Origin: an uncultured Alphaproteobacteria bacterium | GTDB lineage: Bacteria; Pseudomonadota; Alphaproteobacteria; Rhizobiales; Xanthobacteraceae | Direction: 5' to 3' | DNA: 64,000 nt | NCBI GenBank assembly: GCA_963795255.1 | Contig: CAWCHC010000022.1 | Location: 20,845 to 84,844 of the forward strand | Shown: positions 11,554 to 20,246 of the stretch, one piece after another | How positions within the stretch are numbered: the stretch's first letter is position 1 | How the letters are laid out: every line of letters starts with the position of its first letter | The notes under the pieces: model-generated | What the model was told of the DNA's origin: nothing | Database searches by the model: none | Seen by the model: the letters and a program-made list of their open reading frames with translations, nothing else | Position numbers and translations under genes: made by a program

Positions 11554-12026
11554 GGCTGCATTCCTTCGTTCGCGCGGCAGACAGCCTCGACAATCTTGCT
11601 GTAGCCGGAGCAGCGACACAGATTGCCGGAAAGTGCCGACCTGACTTCATCCGAGGTCGGATGCGGATTTTCGGCAAGCAGCGCATGGGCGACCATCAAC
11701 ATTCCACTTGTGCAAAATCCGCACTGAACGGCACCGTAATCGATGATCGCATTTTGCAAAGGCGTCAGTGTTTTTCCTTTCGCCAGCCCCTCGACCGTGG
11801 TGATCGACCTGTTCTGGGTCAGGACCGCCAGCGAAAGGCATGAGCGGACCGGCTGATTATCGACCAGCACCGTACAGGCCCCGCAAACTCCCTGGTTACA
11901 GCCTCGCTTGGGTCCGGTGAGATGGAGTTCGTCGCGCAGCACCTCAAGCAGCGTCTGATCCGAACCGCCGCGAGCTGTCCGCTGCGAGCCGTTTACAAAT
12001 AGCTCGACGAGCTGCGGCCTGCTCAT
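11550..12026 (-). CDS. Molybdenum hydroxylase small (2Fe-2S) subunit (CoxS/XdhC-like)
   Basis: KRGCNQGVCGACTV, VQCGFCTSG, GNLCRCSGY. Confidence 0.95.
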   Translation of the reverse strand: MSRPQLVELFVNGSQRTARGGSDQTLLEVLRDELHLTGPKRGCNQGVCGACTVLVDNQPVRSCLSLAVLTQNRSITTVEGLAKGKTLTPLQNAIIDYGAVQCGFCTSGMLMVAHALLAENPHPTSDEVRSALSGNLCRCSGYSKIVEAVCRANEGMQP

Positions 12027-12883
12027 GCGACCTCGGCTTTTTCTGTGTGTTGAACCTGTGAAATCGCCTTCACAAGCAATCGCGGCAGCACGGTGCGGCG
12101 GTATTCGGCCGACGCGCGCACATCGTCGACAGGGTCGCTGATGGAAATCAGCATACGGCCGGCTTCTGAAATCAGCGCAGGACTCAAGGGTCTTCCTTCG
12201 AGCAAAGCTTCGGCTTCGCGCAGCCGTAGCGGCGCCGGTCCGCACCCACCCACCGCGATGCGAACGAACGTACAGACCTCGCCTTCGAACTTCGCCATGA
12301 TCGCAACCGAAACGATGGCGAAGTCACCAGAAACGCGCGCCAGTTTCTCGTAATGTCCTATCGACCCCGGTGGCACGGGCGGCACAACGATCGACGTGAC
12401 AATTTCGTCCTGCGCAAGTGCCGTGGTGTACCAATCCGTCACGAAAGCCGCTATGGGAAGCGATCGGCTACCTTCAGGCGAGGCGATGTCGATGACAGCT
12501 TCCGCGGCCGTAAGCGCCGCGAGATAGTCGGCTGCAGGGTCTGCAAACGAAATCGACCCGCCCATCGTGCCCATATTGCGGACCACGCGGTTGGCAATGC
12601 GCACGGCCGCATAAGGCACGACGCGTTGTCCATCTTCGAAGCATCTGGAAGTCGCGGTGTCGACGTGACGTGTCATTGCGCCGATTCGAACCCGGCCATC
12701 GCCTTCGCGCACGATCCCGGACATCCCCGAAATCTGCCGCAAACTGATCAGGGCGGTCGGTTCGACCAAACCCGCATTCATCATCGCGACAAGGGTGGCG
12801 CCCCCGGAGATACAGCGTGCACCGTCGTGCTGGACCAGAAGTCCAACGGCCTCTTCGATCGTTTGTGGAAGGAAGAGGTCCAT
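12023..12883 (-). CDS. Molybdenum hydroxylase FAD-binding subunit (CoxM-like)
   Basis: ISGGATL, RIGAMT, VRNMGTMGGS, ADPAAD, DDVRASAEYR. ATG at 12883. Confidence 0.93.
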   Translation of the reverse strand: MDLFLPQTIEEAVGLLVQHDGARCISGGATLVAMMNAGLVEPTALISLRQISGMSGIVREGDGRVRIGAMTRHVDTATSRCFEDGQRVVPYAAVRIANRVVRNMGTMGGSISFADPAADYLAALTAAEAVIDIASPEGSRSLPIAAFVTDWYTTALAQDEIVTSIVVPPVPPGSIGHYEKLARVSGDFAIVSVAIMAKFEGEVCTFVRIAVGGCGPAPLRLREAEALLEGRPLSPALISEAGRMLISISDPVDDVRASAEYRRTVLPRLLVKAISQVQHTEKAEVA

Positions 12884-12888
12884 CGCTG

Positions 12889-13350
12889 CTACTTGTCTAC
12901 CGCGACATGTTCGATTTTTTGCCTGAAGGCGACCGCAAAGTCGTGGCCGAGGCTTTCCGCCTTTTTCTTCATGACACCGAGGCCAAATTTGCCAAGGCGG
13001 CCAACCACTGCGACATCGGATGAGTAGTGCAGTTCGGTGGTCACGGCATCGAGCGCCGATAACCGCAGCACATTTTCCGAGGATAGCGAACTCGCCCTCC
13101 CCCCTTCCTCGCCGCGGGAGCGAGAACGCACTTCCTCGAATTCGATTTCCGAGATCACATCGATATCGATGGCGAAGTCCGCCCTGATAGGTCCGAGTTG
13201 CACCCTGATCTTGGCCTTGTAACTGGTGGGGCTGATGACTTCGACGTCGTGGCAGCCAGGCAAACACGAAGCCACGATGTCCGGGCTGCGGATGGCCTGC
13301 CAGACACGGTCGCGAGGGGCAGCAATTGAAAAGCGATCCTCGATACGCAT
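12889..13350 (-). CDS. coxG: CoxG/SRPBCC family protein
   Basis: MRIEDRFSIAAPRDRVW, CLPGC, VQLGPI, VGRLGKFG. Only the C-terminal part of the called ORF is the real gene. Confidence 0.88.
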   Translation of the reverse strand: MRIEDRFSIAAPRDRVWQAIRSPDIVASCLPGCHDVEVISPTSYKAKIRVQLGPIRADFAIDIDVISEIEFEEVRSRSRGEEGGRASSLSSENVLRLSALDAVTTELHYSSDVAVVGRLGKFGLGVMKKKAESLGHDFAVAFRQKIEHVAVDK

Positions 13351-13364
13351 ATTCGACCTGTGTC

Positions 13365-14444
13365 CTAGCGCGCTTCCCGCTCGACAACCATAGCCGGGTC
13401 CACCAGCCGGCCTTTCTCGATCACCACCTGGTTGTCGAGAATAACGGTGCAATCCCTCATCGGCACATCGTAATGCCCGCGGGTATTCCGCTTGCCGCCG
13501 CCCTGGGTATTCGGGCCGGTGGAGAACAGGAAGTTGCCGGGGAAGGTGCGCGCCGCGGCGCGGCTGCGTTCGGGCTCGTCGCCGTTGAGAGCAATCCCGT
13601 ACCACAGGGATTGCGGATTCAGGCCCCAGCCCAGATGCGACACCGCAAAGGGATCGCGGTCGTCTGGCGAGGACTTGTTGTCGTTTAACCAGTCCCGCAT
13701 CAACTTCGCGTCCAGACCACCTTCGATGTTGGTAACGAAGCCATCGCGAATATCGAGCCGAACCGGATCCTGCACATACCGGCAATAAGGAAGGATAATG
13801 ATGTCGCCGGGCTGGAAAACCACCGTTCCGTTCGCGGTCCCTTCGTTGGGGAACGTGTGAACGTGCCCCGCGCCCCAATGATCGAAATGACCGGGTTCGT
13901 CGGCATAACCCCACTGACTCATCACCGGATATTCGCCGCACGTATACGTAAAATCGGTACCGGCATCGCTGACGACATGGACCTTCTTGGTCTGGCTCAG
14001 CCTTTTGTGCGCATGTTTGACGGCGTCCTTCAGGCCCTTCGGCGACATCAGATGATCGAGATCGTCCGGCGCATCGATTATCATTAGCACGCGGGTGCCG
14101 CCATCCATGACTTCCTTGAGCCACTTCGTGAACAACGGGACGTGAAAGATAACGATGATATCGGCGGCGCGAACCGCTTCCAGCGTTCCCTTACACTTGC
14201 CGATAGTGGGTACACCGACCTTGGTCCAGGACGGGACGGCGTTGACGCACATTTCGTAGACGTCGGCGCCCAGTTCATCCGCGGCGGCAAAGGCGGCCTG
14301 GATATATTCGCGCCGGGTCGTCAGGTCACTCACCAGCGCGATCGTTTCGCCGCGCTGCACCTTGCAAAGTTCGAATTGCCGCCGGTAAAGAAAGGCCAAG
14401 CCTGCAGGATTTCCCTCGGGCGTGCGAATAGCAGCCTGCAACAT
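13365..14444 (-). CDS. 2,5-dihydroxypyridine 5,6-dioxygenase (NicX)-like ring-cleavage enzyme (M29 peptidase-like fold)
   Basis: GTRVLM, AGTDF, PGHFDHW, SHLGWGLNP, GNFLFSTGPN..GG.R.T..HYDVP match the NicX His/His/Asp iron ligand pattern. ATG at 14444 after GGAG. Confidence 0.8.
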   Translation of the reverse strand: MLQAAIRTPEGNPAGLAFLYRRQFELCKVQRGETIALVSDLTTRREYIQAAFAAADELGADVYEMCVNAVPSWTKVGVPTIGKCKGTLEAVRAADIIVIFHVPLFTKWLKEVMDGGTRVLMIIDAPDDLDHLMSPKGLKDAVKHAHKRLSQTKKVHVVSDAGTDFTYTCGEYPVMSQWGYADEPGHFDHWGAGHVHTFPNEGTANGTVVFQPGDIIILPYCRYVQDPVRLDIRDGFVTNIEGGLDAKLMRDWLNDNKSSPDDRDPFAVSHLGWGLNPQSLWYGIALNGDEPERSRAAARTFPGNFLFSTGPNTQGGGKRNTRGHYDVPMRDCTVILDNQVVIEKGRLVDPAMVVEREAR

Positions 14445-14590
14445 CGGTGACCTCCATTGTCCCAACTTGAAAATGTCATTGATCCAGATCAAAAGCCTTG
14501 TGATAACGACTGTCAATACCAAATAGCATTCGCTAAACGCCCATTCCTTGACCAACGAGCGGAACCGGGTCTGCGAAAGCGCAGGATTTA

Positions 14591-15208
14591 GTGATGGCTC
14601 AAGTTAAAAAGCCGGCCGTACGTGAGGCAATCCTTGGCGCAGCACATCGGCTTTTCCGCGAGCAGAGTTACAACGGCACAACTCTCAGCCAAATCGCCAC
14701 TGAAGCTGAAATATCCACGGCGAACCTGTATTCGTATTTTCCTTCGAAATTCGACATTCTCTATTCGATTTATGACCCCTGGCTTCGAGAACGCCTCAAA
14801 CGTCTCGAACTGGAGCTGGCGGCGATACGTCATCCCCGGAAGAGTCTCAGACATCTCATCGCGGTGATCTGGCGCGATATCCCCGCGGAAGAAAACGCCT
14901 TCGCCAACAACATTATTCAGGCGGTCTCGGGAGCGAGCCGCGAGGGGTATGACCCCTCTCTGCTGAAAACGGCCGAGAAGTCCGTGGCCAAGATGCTTCG
15001 CGACATGCTGCCGCCCGATCGACTGGAGGCCGTGGACGTAAAGTCCATCTCGCATGTCATCTTTATGGCGTTCGACGGCTTCGCAATGGGTGCTCACGTC
15101 AATCGAGGCGCCGCGTGCAGCGACAAGGAAATAGAACTCCTGTGCAACCTGATTTTGGGAAATGATCGGCAGCGATCTCAGGCCCGGCAAGCCTTATGGA
15201 AAGGCTAA
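14591..15208 (+). CDS. TetR/AcrR family transcriptional regulator
   Basis: REAILGAAHRLFREQSYNGTTLSQIATEAEISTANLYSYFPSK; divergent from the catabolic operon. Confidence 0.93.
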   Translation: MMAQVKKPAVREAILGAAHRLFREQSYNGTTLSQIATEAEISTANLYSYFPSKFDILYSIYDPWLRERLKRLELELAAIRHPRKSLRHLIAVIWRDIPAEENAFANNIIQAVSGASREGYDPSLLKTAEKSVAKMLRDMLPPDRLEAVDVKSISHVIFMAFDGFAMGAHVNRGAACSDKEIELLCNLILGNDRQRSQARQALWKG

Positions 15209-15557
15209 GACCTGGTCGGCCGCGCTGCTAACTTTTTGGCGAAACCACAGCCCGATAGAACCCGACCCTTGAGCAAAATGTGACGTCGTTGCGCGACAAG
15301 ATAAGGGCCGCTTACCGTTAAGTGACATTAAATCCACGGGATTACCCAGAAGAAAGGCGATTGCCAGGGCAACGACCTCTTCGCGTCCAGTACGCAAGCG
15401 AACGCGAAGCGGTTGATGGATGTTGATCTGCGCTTCATGCTCCAGTTCAACGGCAACGGCAAAACGTCCGGATCGATTGTATCGTTTCCTGGGAGCGACA
15501 GCAGTACCAAAGAACATCACATGCACATCGACCGACCGCAACGAATTCCGGAGCCCG

Positions 15558-15698
15558 TTGAACAAGTTATCCGGCAAAAAATATCCAAAGTCGCAAGCGC
15601 GGTAGTTCGCTCGACGGGCGGCGACTGAGGGCAGCGTTCAAAAGAGTGCCAGATCGCACAAAGTCGTAGAGTGGCGTACAAAATCGGAGCGGGTGAAG
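15558..15698 (+). repeat. Copy 2 of ~130-140-bp imperfect direct repeat (att-like)
   Basis: Matches 1091-1221, with a 31-bp identical core at 15668-15698. Confidence 0.9.
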
Positions 15699-15728
15699 GG
15701 AATCGAACCCTCGTATTCGGCTTGGAAG
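15686..15728 (-). pseudogene. 3' half of tRNA-Gly(TCC), att-site remnant
   Basis: Reverse complement CTTCCAAGCCGAATACGAGGGTTCGATTCCCTTCACCCGCTCC contains an anticodon loop with TCC, a T-arm GGGTTCGATTCCC and the 3' acceptor strand. The D-arm, 5' acceptor strand and terminal A are missing. Confidence 0.85.
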
Positions 15729-15845
15729 TCGTAAAATTTCGTAATCTTTACAACGCCCATTCTACATTTTGCAGCCCCTCAGGGTGATTGAGACTATTAC
15801 AGAATTTTCCGTTGTCGGAATGGAAATAAGGACGGCTGACCAGAA

Positions 15846-16250
15846 TTAGCCAGCGGTCACTGCGAACAGATCGATCTCGATGAGAAAATCAGGATGCGAC
15901 AAGCGTGTCACGCCGACAAGGGTGCTCGGCGGCGGGCGATCCGGGTGCCATGGAAATGTCATCGTGGGATCGGTCTGGATTTTGATAAATGCATCCATGT
16001 CCAGCACGTAGAGGCGACGAAAAACGACATCATCCCAGGTCGCACCGGCCGATTTTAGCTGGATGGTCAGCGCCTCCATGACCCGACGGTGCTGGCCACG
16101 CAAGTCGCCGACAAACATCGGCCTATAGTTTTCGTCCGATGCCGTCTGCCCCGCAATAAAGATCATCTTGCTGGGGCCAGTGACAGTGACGACGCGGCTG
16201 TAGGCCGGATGTTTGAACAACTCCGGCGGGTGAATGAATTGTTTGTCCAA
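15846..16250 (-). CDS. RidA/YjgF family protein (no catalytic Arg)
   Basis: PAYSRVV, IFIAGQ, AGATWDDVV, PPPSTLVGV, LIEID. Confidence 0.9.
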   Translation of the reverse strand: MDKQFIHPPELFKHPAYSRVVTVTGPSKMIFIAGQTASDENYRPMFVGDLRGQHRRVMEALTIQLKSAGATWDDVVFRRLYVLDMDAFIKIQTDPTMTFPWHPDRPPPSTLVGVTRLSHPDFLIEIDLFAVTAG

Positions 16251-16315
16251 CGTTATACTTTCCTTTCGCTTAGTCCGTTGCAGATAGATCGAAAGCCGCC
16301 AAGGTGATCAGCGGT

Positions 16316-16912
16316 CTAGAATGTCGGTGGCGTGTTCAGCCAGAGAATACGTGCGAGCTTCTTTCGATTATTAATGTAGGAATGCGGCCTTTCCGACCTG
16401 AAATAGAAGCTATCTCCGGGGCGCAGCTGATACTTTTTCTTGTCGACGGTCAGTTCGAGCTCGCCATCTAGCACGTATCCGAACTCTTCGCCCTCGTGCG
16501 TAATCACTCCTTCGCTGCCACTGCCGGGCTCGATATCGTTGATATAGCCCGAGAGCAGATTTCCTCGACGGCTCGGTATCAGTGCCTCAAGTCTATGGCC
16601 CTTACGCTGTCCGGCCTGGACCGTCGGGCGTTCGCCTTCGCGGAGCACGACGCTTGAATCATCGTCGCCACCGTCCTGAAACAACCCCGATACAGGCATT
16701 TCGAGCGCCAGTGCGACGCGGTGCATCGTCTTGATCGATGGGTTCGCGTTTCCGTTTTCGATCCGGGACAAAAGGGATTCCGAACATTCGGCTAATTCGG
16801 CAACCTTCTTCAACGTCAACCCTTTGAGTAAACGCGTGTGCCGCATCCTGAGCCCGAGGCGGCTCTCGGGCATCGATCCTATCTTGTCTTTCTTGCGTGC
16901 CCTGGCAATCAT
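16316..16912 (-). CDS. XRE-family HTH + cupin transcriptional regulator
   Basis: SESLLSRIENGNANPS HTH; THEGEEFGYVLDG and PGDSFYF..PH cupin. Confidence 0.92.
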   Translation of the reverse strand: MIARARKKDKIGSMPESRLGLRMRHTRLLKGLTLKKVAELAECSESLLSRIENGNANPSIKTMHRVALALEMPVSGLFQDGGDDDSSVVLREGERPTVQAGQRKGHRLEALIPSRRGNLLSGYINDIEPGSGSEGVITHEGEEFGYVLDGELELTVDKKKYQLRPGDSFYFRSERPHSYINNRKKLARILWLNTPPTF

Positions 16913-17061
16913 TGTTCGCTTCCCATTAAGTTTTGTTGGACGGAGGGCCGGCGCGCCCGATATGTCGCCGTCAGCTTCTCTTCCGCCCTTCGGCTTCTAT
17001 AAGTTGTCAGTGTCCATAAGTAAGCCGGCGTTTCCCAGAGAAGCGAGTCTTTGGGTCCGTT

Positions 17062-17994
17062 TTACTCCTTCGGGACGTGCTTGGGGCCGCGCATGAACTC
17101 ACCGATCCACCATGTAAAGAATACGTACCGCAGGACGTCGGCGTCGCTGTTGCCATACTTGCCGGTTTTGGCGAGTTCCGAGAGCAAGCCCATCTCTTCG
17201 GCGCTTAGTTCGATCTCGAGATCGGCGATCTGGATCGGCACGTTGGTGAAGTCCGGCTCGTAGGCGACATCCTTGCAAAGCTCGCGATCGGCCTTGATGT
17301 TCTTGACCTTGAAATGAATTGGGTTGCGCTGACTGCGCATTTTCGGAGGCTCGGTGACACGGGCCCAGTCCGCTGCCGTACCTTCATAAAGGCTCAGCTT
17401 CAACGGCTTGAGTTCGAAATCGCTGGTCATCATGACGTCGGCACCGCAGACATTGGGCACCGCAAGCACGTCGATCATCGCGAGTAGTTCGACATAGTCG
17501 CCAGGCCCCGCGGCGTTTTTCGCGATGAAGGGGTGGCCATCCTGGCCGACACCGGTATGCATGAAGAAGTTGAACGAGTCGTGCACATCGTCCGGAGTCA
17601 GCCCGTATTCACGCTGCGCTTCGGCCTGGATGTCGTGGCAATTCGTGTGCACCGGCAGACCGTACTGATATTCGAACAGAAATGCGCTGCAGCGCGGATA
17701 GAGAACGTCGTTGGTGCCGACTGTGTCCTCGATGATCGCCATCATCGGACGCTCGCGCGGCGGTGCCGACCACAGGAAATCGCCCGTGGTCGGATGTAGG
17801 CCGTGAAGATGACGCGTCCGGCCGGTGTGGAAGAACTCCTTGTAGTCGTGCAGGTTGAAACAGTTGAAGTCAGCGCATTGCCGGCCGCTGGTTTGAGCAA
17901 TCCGCAGAACCTGCCCGCGCCGCATTTCTAGCGCCTTGCCCGTTCCGGGCTGGATGATGTGCTCGTAAAGTTGCTTGCGGTCGGACGATGTCAT
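17062..17994 (-). CDS. DUF1989 (urea carboxylase-associated) family protein with C-terminal RHH-like extension
   Basis: GQVLRI..SGRQCADFNCFN, DTVG.NDVL..RC, HTNC, DVHDSFNFFM, PGDYVELLA..DVL; about 100 extra C-terminal residues. Confidence 0.85.
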   Translation of the reverse strand: MTSSDRKQLYEHIIQPGTGKALEMRRGQVLRIAQTSGRQCADFNCFNLHDYKEFFHTGRTRHLHGLHPTTGDFLWSAPPRERPMMAIIEDTVGTNDVLYPRCSAFLFEYQYGLPVHTNCHDIQAEAQREYGLTPDDVHDSFNFFMHTGVGQDGHPFIAKNAAGPGDYVELLAMIDVLAVPNVCGADVMMTSDFELKPLKLSLYEGTAADWARVTEPPKMRSQRNPIHFKVKNIKADRELCKDVAYEPDFTNVPIQIADLEIELSAEEMGLLSELAKTGKYGNSDADVLRYVFFTWWIGEFMRGPKHVPKE

Positions 17995-18152
17995 TTGTCT
18001 TTTTCCGGATGCGGAAGGTTGGCTTTGACGAATTCGCGCAAGGCGCGGCGGACAAGATCCTCGCGACTATTACTCTCACCGGCCCTGACCGTGTTGTCGA
18101 TCAGCTCGAGTTGCTGTTGATTGAGACGTAGCTTGATCTTGGTCGTTGTCAT
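17991..18152 (-). CDS. Ribbon-helix-helix (CopG/ParD-like) protein, 53 aa
   Basis: MTTTKIKLRLNQQQLELIDNTVRAGESNSREDLVRRALREF: alternating beta-strand, helix, G..S turn, helix. ATGA overlap with the DUF1989 gene. Confidence 0.8.
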   Translation of the reverse strand: MTTTKIKLRLNQQQLELIDNTVRAGESNSREDLVRRALREFVKANLPHPEKDK

Positions 18153-18217
18153 GATGTTCATCCTGCGGACGGTCATTCCCGCACTGCGAGTGGCGCGGGA
18201 ATGGGTGTGACGGCGCG

Positions 18218-19195
18218 TTACGGGGTCCAACCTTTGGGCGCCTGCATACCGGTCTTGTCGATTGAGTTCAGGTTCGCCATCGTCACGGGCACGAGCGGCA
18301 CTTCGACTTTCTTGGCCGGGAGTGGCTTGCCCTTGACAAGCGCATCCATCATCTGGACGGCCGTCCGGCCGATCACCACGGGTTGCTGCGCCACGACGTA
18401 ATCCGCACAGCCGGCCCGCATCATTTCTTCGGCGGCCTCGCCCAGCACTGCGAACAGCACTTTCACCTTGCCGCATTTTTGCGCCCCTTGTGCTGCGCGC
18501 GCCGCGCCGACTCCGTATGTATCATCGGCGCCATACAGCATATCGACCTGGGGAAACCGCTGCAGGAAGTCACTGGCCAACGAAAGCGCAACTGCAGGGT
18601 CCTGCTCGCTCGTTTGTTCAGCGACGATCTTGATATTGCCGCCGGCAAGATCTTCCTTGAAGCAGCGGAGGCGGTCGGACGCCCAGAATGCTCCGGCCGG
18701 TCCGGCAAGCACAGCGAGGGTACCGCCGTTCGGCAATAGAGTTTTAGCGCCCTTGGCAAGTTCGTGCCCGATGTTGCAGTGGCTTGAAGACGCTGCCGCG
18801 TCAGCTTCGACATCGCTGGCCACGATCGGGCTTCCGGCACCAATTACGGGAATTTTATCGGCCTTCGCCTCTTTCACCGCTCCATTGAAGGAAGCCGGGT
18901 TTGCAGGATCTATCAGGATGGCGGCAACCTTCTGCACAACAAGGTTGGAGAACTGGCTCACCTGCTTATCGACGTTCGCATATCCGCCGGCGTCCTGGAT
19001 GGTGACGTCGTAACCGAGCTTCTTTGCCTCATCCGAGATTCCGTAAAGCACAGGCGTGAACCATGGGCCCTTGATATTGGGCATCGACACGCCGATTTTC
19101 TCGGCGGCGGAGGCCGGATTTGCGGCCAAGAGCGCCAGGGCGCCGGCAGCGGCGAATGTGGCCAGACGTGACTTGGCAGGTAAGCGAGACTGCAT
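18218..19195 (-). CDS. Sugar-type (RbsB-like) ABC substrate-binding protein
   Basis: Signal peptide; KIGVSMPN..PWF, DAGGY, AGPAGA.WA.DR, VVAQQP...GR. AGGAG RBS before ATG 19195. Confidence 0.9.
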   Translation of the reverse strand: MQSRLPAKSRLATFAAAGALALLAANPASAAEKIGVSMPNIKGPWFTPVLYGISDEAKKLGYDVTIQDAGGYANVDKQVSQFSNLVVQKVAAILIDPANPASFNGAVKEAKADKIPVIGAGSPIVASDVEADAAASSSHCNIGHELAKGAKTLLPNGGTLAVLAGPAGAFWASDRLRCFKEDLAGGNIKIVAEQTSEQDPAVALSLASDFLQRFPQVDMLYGADDTYGVGAARAAQGAQKCGKVKVLFAVLGEAAEEMMRAGCADYVVAQQPVVIGRTAVQMMDALVKGKPLPAKKVEVPLVPVTMANLNSIDKTGMQAPKGWTP

Positions 19196-19232
19196 TTGAT
19201 TTCTCCTGTTTGGGTTCAATATGACAGATGCA

Positions 19233-20246
19233 TCAACTTCGTTTGCCGACTCGGGAACCAATAAAGGTCTGATCGAGAGACACAGCGAGGATCAGAGCGC
19301 CGCCGATCACCATCATCTGCGTGTAAGAGGGGACATTCAGCAGGTTGAGACCGTTCGAGAGAATACTGATGAACAGCACACCGAATGCGACACCGATCAC
19401 CGAACCACGCCCGCCGAACAATGAAACACCGCCGAGCACGACGGCTGCGACCGATTCCAGCGGAAGCGTCGCGCCAAGCGAAGGCTGTCCCGATGCGACC
19501 CGGGCGGTCAGGATGAGAGAGCCGACCGCGGCGCAGAGGCCGCTGAGGACGTAAGCCGCGATCTTGACTGCGCCTACGGCGATGCCGGAAAGCCGCGCCG
19601 CTTCTTCATTGCCGCCAGTCGCATAGATTCGTCGGCCCAATTTGGTGTATCTCAACACGACAATGCAGATGGCCAGCACCGCCAGGGCGATAACGACCGG
19701 GATCGGAATGCCGAAGATGCGTGCGTAGGCCAAACTGGAGAAGGCTTCAGGCACGCCCGTGACCGCCACGCCACCGCTGAGGCTCAGTGCGAGGCCGGAA
19801 ACGACGGACATCATCGCCAAAGTCGCGATGAACGGAAAGACCTTGAAGCGTGTAATGACGATTCCGTTGACGAGGCCGACGGTGGCCCCGGCCAGGAGGG
19901 AGGCGGCAAGCCCCGCCGCGACGCCATGATCACGCATGATCAGCGCCCCGATGATGCTGACCAGAGCGACAATCGCGCCGACGGAAAGATCCAGACCTGC
20001 AGTCAGGATCGCGAAAGTCTGGCCAAAGGAAACCGCTGCGAGCGCGGCCGCCGAAATCCCGATATTCCTGAAATTCGACAGCGAAAGAAAAACGTTCGAG
20101 TCAATTGAAAAGAAAATCGCCATCACGATGACGATGACGGGCAGCCCGACCTCGCGTCCGTAGCGCTGAAGGAACGCGACCGGCGTCGAGCGGCCATCAT
20201 CTTGGCCGGGCACGACGCCGGCTTTCTCGGAGATGCCAACGATCAT
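19233..20246 (-). CDS. Sugar-type (RbsC-like) ABC permease
   Basis: GLDLSVG, PFIATL, IYATGGNEEAARLSGI, AAVVLGGVSLFGGRG. Confidence 0.93.
   Translation of the reverse strand: MIVGISEKAGVVPGQDDGRSTPVAFLQRYGREVGLPVIVIVMAIFFSIDSNVFLSLSNFRNIGISAAALAAVSFGQTFAILTAGLDLSVGAIVALVSIIGALIMRDHGVAAGLAASLLAGATVGLVNGIVITRFKVFPFIATLAMMSVVSGLALSLSGGVAVTGVPEAFSSLAYARIFGIPIPVVIALAVLAICIVVLRYTKLGRRIYATGGNEEAARLSGIAVGAVKIAAYVLSGLCAAVGSLILTARVASGQPSLGATLPLESVAAVVLGGVSLFGGRGSVIGVAFGVLFISILSNGLNLLNVPSYTQMMVIGGALILAVSLDQTFIGSRVGKRS

Noticed and set aside
9240-13350. Aerobic CO dehydrogenase (coxMSL + coxG)
   Set aside because: The large subunit has AFRGFG, not the form I AYxCSFR or form II AYxGAGR motif, and the context is heterocycle catabolism.
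13365-14444. Leucyl aminopeptidase (M29)
   Set aside because: The fold is shared, but the HLGWG / GNFLFSTGPN / HxD motifs and neighbouring genes fit the NicX family better.
15194-15628. ORFs between TetR and the att-like repeat
   Set aside because: No family recognised. The plus-frame tail overlaps the repeat and is stop-interrupted in the other copy, so it is at most a remnant.
15686-15728. Functional tRNA-Gly gene
   Set aside because: The 5' acceptor strand and D-arm are absent; only the 3' half remains.
17062-18152. Toxin-antitoxin pair (ParD-like RHH + downstream gene)
   Set aside because: The downstream gene is a DUF1989 enzyme, not a ParE/PIN/GNAT toxin.
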